From positions 16,323 to 80,322 of the forward strand of contig CAWKEQ010000027.1 of the NCBI GenBank assembly GCA_963848565.1: a stretch of DNA of 64,000 nucleotides. Reading direction: 5' to 3'. Below the pieces are notes generated by a model that ran no database searches, was not told the origin of the DNA, and saw only the letters and a list, made by a program, of their open reading frames with translations. Shown here piece by piece: positions 58,622 through 64,000 of the stretch. Within the stretch, counting starts at the first letter, position 1. Each line of letters starts with the position of its first letter. This DNA comes from an uncultured delta proteobacterium. Lineage in GTDB: Bacteria > Desulfobacterota > Desulfobaccia > Desulfobaccales > 0-14-0-80-60-11. The position numbers and the translations under genes were made by a program.

Positions 58622-60500
58622 ATGCAGCCCATCCTTGCCAAGCAGAAAGCCGTGGAGCCCTCAGCCAATTTGGGAGCTACTTACCTGGGGGATAATCGTT
58701 GCCGTTTCCTGGTGTGGGCGCCCCTGGCCGAGCAGGTGGAGGTTCGTCTGGTCTCCCCCAGAGAGGAGCTGGCGCCCCTGGAGAGAGGGGATAGGGGTTA
58801 CTTCTCCGGGGTGGTTGCCGGCGTGGACGCCGGGCTGCCGCTATTTTTACCGGTTGCATGGACAGCAGGACTTCCCGGACCCGGCCTCCCGGTTTCAGCC
58901 CGAGGGGGTCCACGGGCCGTCCCAGGTGGTGGAGCCGCATTTTCCCTGGGACGACGGCCAGTGGTCCGGCCTACCCCTGGGAGATTACGTTATTTATGAG
59001 CTGCACGTGGGGACTTTTACCCCGGAAGGGACCTTTGACGCGGTTATTCCCTACCTGGATGAGCTGAAGGATCTGGGCCTTACGGCCCTGGAACTGATGC
59101 CCGTGGCCCAGTTTCCCGGGGGGCGCAACTGGGGCTATGATGGGGTCTTTCCCTTTGCGGCGCAGAACTCCTACGGCGGACCTGAAGGTCTGAAAAGATT
59201 GGTCAACGCCTGCCATCAACGGGGCCTGGCAGTGGTCCTGGACGTGGTGTACAATCACCTGGGCCCGGAAGGCAACTACCTGGCGGCTTACGGCCCGTAT
59301 TTCACCCGGCGCTATCGCACTCCCTGGGGGGAGGCCCTCAACTTCGACGGCCCGGACAGCGATGAGGTGCGGCGCTTCTTCATCGAAAACGCCCTCACCT
59401 GGGCTTCGGAATTTCATATTGACGCCTTGCGCCTGGACGCCCTGCATGCCATTGTCGATCAGTCGCCGCAGCCATTCGTGGCCGAACTGGCTGAAAAGGT
59501 AGACCAGGCCCGGGACCGCTGGCAGCGGAAAATCTATCTGATGGCGGAGAGCGACCTCAATGACGTGCGCCTGATCCGCAGTCCCGAACTGGGGGGGTAC
59601 GGTCTGGATGCCCATTGGAATGATGATTTCCACCATGCGTTGCATGTTTTGCTGACCGGGGAGCAGACCGGCTATTATGCGGATTTCGGACGGCTGGAGC
59701 AGCTTGCCAAGGCCTGGCGTCAAGGTTTTATTTATTCCGGGGAATATTCTCCGTATCGGCGCCGCCGCCACGGCTCCGGTTCCCGGGATGTGGCCGCGGA
59801 GCGCTGGGTGGTCTTTTCCCAGAACCACGACCAGATAGGCAATCGCCTGGGAGGAGAACGTCTCAGTCAACTGGTTTCCTTCGAGGCCCTCAAGCTGGCG
59901 GCTGGCGCGGTAATCTTGTCACCTTTTCTCCCCCTGCTGTTCATGGGGGAGGAATATGGGGAAGAGGCGCCTTTCTGGTATTTTGTCAGCCACTCGGACC
60001 CGGGGCTCATTGAGGCCGTGCGGCAGGGGCGGAAGGAAGAGTTTGCCGCCTTCGATTGGCCGGGCGAACCTCCCGACCCCATGGCTGAGGCAACTTTTGT
60101 CCGGGCCAGGCTTGACCACCAGCTTCGCCGGGCCGGCAAGCACAAAGTTCTCTGGGAATTTTACCGGGAAGTGCTCCGGCTCCGCCGGGAATTGAATCTC
60201 TTGACCGGCCTGGGCCGGCGGCATCGGGAAGTGAAAGCCTATGAGGCAGAAAGGGTGTTGTGGATGCGAATGAGTGACGCGGGAGGCGAAGCGGTTCTTT
60301 TGTTCTCTTTTGGGGAGGAAGCCTTGGAGTTTTCTCTCACCTGGCCCCAGGGCCGGTGGCACCAGCGGCTGGATGCCGCCCAGAGGCGCTGGCAGGGCCC
60401 CGGCAGTGACGCACCCAGGGTGATCGAAGGCGGGAGCGCTTTTTCCCTCACGCTTGCCCCCCAGTCCCTGCTGGTTTATCTCCGTCAGGATGCGTCTTGA
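58622..60500 (+). CDS. treZ: Malto-oligosyltrehalose trehalohydrolase; apparent 1-nt insertion in the G run at 58832-58834
   Basis: N-terminal CBM48-like region (FLVWAPLAEQVEVRL) in one frame. RYFYRLHGQQDFPDPASRFQPEGVHGPSQVV and the GH13 core (YELHVGTFT, DVVYNHLGPEG, ALRLDALHA, MAESDLND, FSQNHDQ) in the next. Confidence 0.9.
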
Positions 60501-62926
60501 TGGAAAGATATATTTGCATTCACGGCCATTTTTACCAACCTCCCCGGGAAAATCCCTGGCTGGAAGATATCGAACTCCAGGATTCGGCGTATCCCTATCA
60601 CGACTGGAACGAAAAGATCGCGGCCGAATGTTACGCCCCCAACACCGTATCCCGAATCCTGGACGGCGAGGGGCGTATTGTCGGGCTTACCAATAACTAT
60701 GCCAGGATGAGTTCCAACTTCGGCCCCACCCTGTTGGCCTGGCTGTCCAGCAAAGCCCCCGAGATTTATGCGGCCATCCTGGCGGCGGACCGGGAGAGCC
60801 GGGAAAGATTCTCCGGGCACGGCTCCGCCCTGGCCCAGGCTTACAACCACATGATTATGCCCCTGGCCTGCCGCCGGGACAAGTACACCCAGGTCCTCTG
60901 GGGAATCCGGGATTTTGAGCACCGTTTCGGGCGGCTACCGGAGGGCATGTGGCTGCCGGAGACCGCGGTGGACCTGGAGACCCTGGATATCATGGCCGAA
61001 TTGGGGATACGCTTTACTATTCTGGCGCCCCGTCAGGCCCACAAAGTCCGGAAGATTTTCCGGGGACACTGGCGGGACGTGAGCGGCGGCCGGATCGACC
61101 CTACTACGGCTTATCTTCTAAAATTGCCGTCAGGCCGGACCATCAACCTATTTTTTTATGACGGCCCCATCTCCCAGGCCATTGCTTTTGAGGACTTGCT
61201 GGAACGGGGCGAAAACCTGGCCAATCGTTTGGTCAACGCTTTCTCGGATGGACGCCCCTGGCCCCAGTTGGTGCATATCGCCACCGATGGGGAAACCTAC
61301 GGGCACCATCGGCTCCACGGCGATATGGCCCTGGCCTATGCCATGGATTATCTGGAGGACCACAACCTGGCCCGCCTGACCAATTATGGCGAGTATCTGG
61401 AAAAGCACCCCCCGATCTTCGAAGTGAGGATTTTTGAGAATTCTTCCTGGAGCTGTGTCCATGGGGTGGAGCGGTGGCGGCAGGATTGCGGTTGCAACAG
61501 CGGCATGCGCGCCGGTTGGAGCCAGGCCTGGCGCAAACCCCTGCGGAAGGCCCTGGACTGGCTGCGGGACACGTTGGCGCCCCATTATGAGGAAAGAGCC
61601 GCGCTGTTTCTGAAAGACCCCTGGGCGGCGAGAAATGATTACCTTGCCATTATCCTCGATCGCCGGGAGGATGTCTTAGAGGAGTTTCTGCAGCAACACG
61701 CCTGGCGGGAGCTCAGTCCCAACGAGAAGAGCCTGGTCCTGAAACTCCTGGAGATGCAGCGTCATGCCATGCTGATGTACACCAGTTGCGGCTGGTTCTT
61801 CGACGAACTTTCGGGTCTGGAAACCGTGCAGATCCTCCAGTATGCCGGCCGCGTCGTCCAATTGGCCCGGGATGTCCTGGGAGAAGACTATGAAGCCCGA
61901 TTCCTCGAACGGCTGGAGCCTGCCAAAAGCAATATCCCGGAACATGGGGACGGCCGCCAGATTTTCGAGAAGTTCGTCAAACCCGCCATGGTGGACTTGC
62001 TCACCGTGGGAGCCCATTACGCCATCAGTTCCCTCTTCGAAGATTATCAGGTCCAGGACCGCATTTTCTGCTACACCGTTGACCGGGAAGACTACCGGCT
62101 GGCGGAGGCGGGCAAGGCCAAACTGGCGGTGGGACGGATACAGGTGACCTCTGATATTACCTGGAATGCCGCGGTCATGAGTTTCGCGGTGCTGCATTTA
62201 GGCGACCACAACCTCTGTGGCGGGGTGCGGGAGTTCCAGGGGGATGAGGCTTACGCCGCCATGGCCGCGGAGGTCGGCGAGGCCTTTTCCTGGACCGATT
62301 ACCCTGAGGCCATCCGCCGCATCGATCAACACTTCGGAGACTCCACGTACTCCGTGCGGTCCCTCTTCCGGGATGAACAGCGCAAGGTCCTGGACCAGAT
62401 TATGGAAATGACCCTGGAAGAGGTCTGGTCGGCGTATGGCCGGATCTATTCCCATAATGTGCCTTTGATGCGCTTCCATAGGGAACTGGGGGTGCCTTTG
62501 CCCCGGCCCCTTCTGGCCACGGCTGAGATTGTCCTCAACCGCTACCTGCTCGAGGCCTTCCGGGCGCCGGAATTAGACCTACAGCTGATCCGCGGCCTCC
62601 TGGAAGAAGCGCGTCTGTTAGAGGTCGGGCTCGATGGGGCAGGATTGGAATATGCCTTGAGGAAAGCCATCGAACGCCTGGCCGAGAGGGTCCGGCAACA
62701 CCCCCTCGATGTGGAATACTTGCAGCATTTGGAGGACGCGGTAAATTTGGAAACGGAATTACCCTTTGCCGTACTCCTCTGGAAAGTGCAGAATATCTAT
62801 TACGAGATGCTGACCTCCGTCTATCCCCAGCAGCGCCAGCAGTCGGACCAGGGACCTGGGGAGGCCCGTTCCTGGGTGGAACATTTCGCGGCGTTGGGCC
62901 AAAGGCTGTCGCTCCGCGTTGACTGA
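60500..62926 (+). CDS. Glycoside hydrolase family 57 protein with a large C-terminal (DUF3536-like) domain
   Basis: GH57 N-terminus YICIHGHFYQPPRENPW, WLPETAV, ATDGETYGHH. The ATG overlaps the treZ stop (ATGA). Confidence 0.8.
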   Translation: MERYICIHGHFYQPPRENPWLEDIELQDSAYPYHDWNEKIAAECYAPNTVSRILDGEGRIVGLTNNYARMSSNFGPTLLAWLSSKAPEIYAAILAADRESRERFSGHGSALAQAYNHMIMPLACRRDKYTQVLWGIRDFEHRFGRLPEGMWLPETAVDLETLDIMAELGIRFTILAPRQAHKVRKIFRGHWRDVSGGRIDPTTAYLLKLPSGRTINLFFYDGPISQAIAFEDLLERGENLANRLVNAFSDGRPWPQLVHIATDGETYGHHRLHGDMALAYAMDYLEDHNLARLTNYGEYLEKHPPIFEVRIFENSSWSCVHGVERWRQDCGCNSGMRAGWSQAWRKPLRKALDWLRDTLAPHYEERAALFLKDPWAARNDYLAIILDRREDVLEEFLQQHAWRELSPNEKSLVLKLLEMQRHAMLMYTSCGWFFDELSGLETVQILQYAGRVVQLARDVLGEDYEARFLERLEPAKSNIPEHGDGRQIFEKFVKPAMVDLLTVGAHYAISSLFEDYQVQDRIFCYTVDREDYRLAEAGKAKLAVGRIQVTSDITWNAAVMSFAVLHLGDHNLCGGVREFQGDEAYAAMAAEVGEAFSWTDYPEAIRRIDQHFGDSTYSVRSLFRDEQRKVLDQIMEMTLEEVWSAYGRIYSHNVPLMRFHRELGVPLPRPLLATAEIVLNRYLLEAFRAPELDLQLIRGLLEEARLLEVGLDGAGLEYALRKAIERLAERVRQHPLDVEYLQHLEDAVNLETELPFAVLLWKVQNIYYEMLTSVYPQQRQQSDQGPGEARSWVEHFAALGQRLSLRVD

Positions 62927-62954
62927 ACAAGGAGATCTCCGGGTGGAACGAACC

Positions 62955-64000
62955 ATGACCGGCTTTAGAGTGCCCGCCGCCACGTATCGTCTGCAATTCC
63001 ACCACGCCTTCCGCTTCATCACCGCCCAGGCCCTGGTGCCGTATTTGCAAGACCTCGGCATCTCCGACCTTTACGCCTCCCCCTTCTTCAAGGCCCGCCG
63101 GCGCAGCCTCCATGGCTATTCCGTGACCAATCCCCTGGAAATCAATCCGGAGTTGGGGTCCCGGATCTCTCTGAGGGCTTTGATAAAAGTCCTGAAATCC
63201 AAGGATATGGGCCTTCTGCTGGACATTGTCCCCAACCACATGGCCCTGAGCCATCACAACCCCTGGTGGCTGGATGTCCTCGAGAATGGCCAGGGATCGC
63301 CTTTTGCCGTCTTCTTTGACATTGATTGGTATCCTTTTAACCGGGTGTTGGAAGGCCGCGTCATCCAACCCGTGCTCGGCTCGCCTTACGGACAGGCTCT
63401 GGAAAACCGGGAAATCAGGCTGGTCCTGGAGGAGGAGGGCTTTTTTGTTTATTACTATGAGCATAAATTTCCCCTGGACCCCAAGACGTACGAGCTCGTT
63501 TTAAGACACCGGCTGGACGGATCTGGTCCGGAAATTAGGGGAGGGGAATTCCGCGGTTATGAGTCTCCTGGGGCTCATCACCCTGGTGGAGCATCTCCCG
63601 CCCCGCTCCCTGAGCAGTAAGAGAAAGATCCTGGAACGCCACCGGCAAAAAGAAATTTTGAAAAATAATCTCTGGCTCCTCTACCAGGCAAATCCCCTCA
63701 TTAAGAAATTTCTCGATGAAAATATCACCATGTTTAACGGCCGCGCCGGAGACCCGGAGAGCTTCAACCTGCTGGACCGCCTCCTCAGTTTGCAGCCTTA
63801 TCGGCTTGCCTATTGGCGGGTCTCCCTGGATATGATCAATTATCGGCGCTTTTTCAGCGTCAACGATTTGATCGGCCTCCGGGTGGAAGACCCCCGGGTG
63901 TTTGAGGCCAGTCACAGTCTGTTGTTCAATCTGATCCGGGAAGGGAAGGTCTCCGGAGTCAGAGTCGATCACATTGACGGATTATATGACCCCCTGGGAT
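62955..64000 (+). CDS. treY: Malto-oligosyltrehalose synthase, 3' end beyond the window; apparent 1-nt insertion at about 63519
   Basis: ATYRLQFHHAFRF..LVPYLQDLGISDLYASP, LLLDIVPNHMAL. After ...RHRLD the reading continues in the next frame (DLVRKLGEGNSAVMSLLGLITLVEHLPPRS...YRRFFSVNDLIGLRVED...GVRVDHIDGL). Confidence 0.88.

Noticed and set aside
241-63519. Programmed ribosomal frameshifting or recoding as the explanation for the seven frame breaks
   Set aside because: There are no slippery heptamers or stimulatory structures at the sites. None of these families is known to use recoding. The breaks sit in short G/C runs, which is typical of sequencing error.
63535-63972. Minus-strand ORF 63535..63972
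   Set aside because: It lies antisense to the frame-shifted continuation of treY, whose translation (YRRFFSVNDLIGLRVED...VRVDHIDGL) is clearly TreY.

Overview
High-GC bacterial chromosomal segment. Gene content (sigma-54 activator, HD-GYP and GGDEF signalling proteins, TreT, GH57) and the repeat types suggest an anaerobic Desulfobacterota/deltaproteobacterium-like organism, but taxonomy cannot be verified from the sequence alone. Most of the window is housekeeping: pssA, leuA-leuC, prfA-prmC, gltX, xseA-xseB-ispA-dxs, thrS-infC-rpmI-rplT-pheS, murJ and nth. Interspersed are c-di-GMP signalling proteins, two two-component systems, many CBS-domain proteins, two tandem ClC channels, and a trehalose cluster (permease, DUF5752-like gene, treT, treZ, GH57, treY). 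No rRNA, tRNA or CRISPR array was found. The main points of interest are these. (1) An insertion hotspot lies downstream of an FDH-N-like formyltransferase gene: a decayed second copy of that gene's 3' end brackets a two-gene cassette of unknown function, and it is followed directly by an AT-rich single-gene island encoding an orphan P-loop ATPase with a winged-helix tail. (2) Several families of palindromic, MITE-like and heptamer repeats fill intergenic spacers, and one sits in frame inside prmC. (3) An orphan CI-like repressor has a catalytically dead S24 domain. (4) There is an IS110-type transposase remnant. (5) Leader and regulatory structures are present: a likely AUU start for infC, a thrS leader hairpin, an rpmI promoter with hairpin, and a sigma-54-like promoter. 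(6) Seven single-nucleotide frameshifts interrupt otherwise intact conserved genes; these are most economically explained as assembly errors. I found no recognisable complete novel multi-gene system. The hotspot region 9.6-12.1 kb is the best candidate for undescribed biology.
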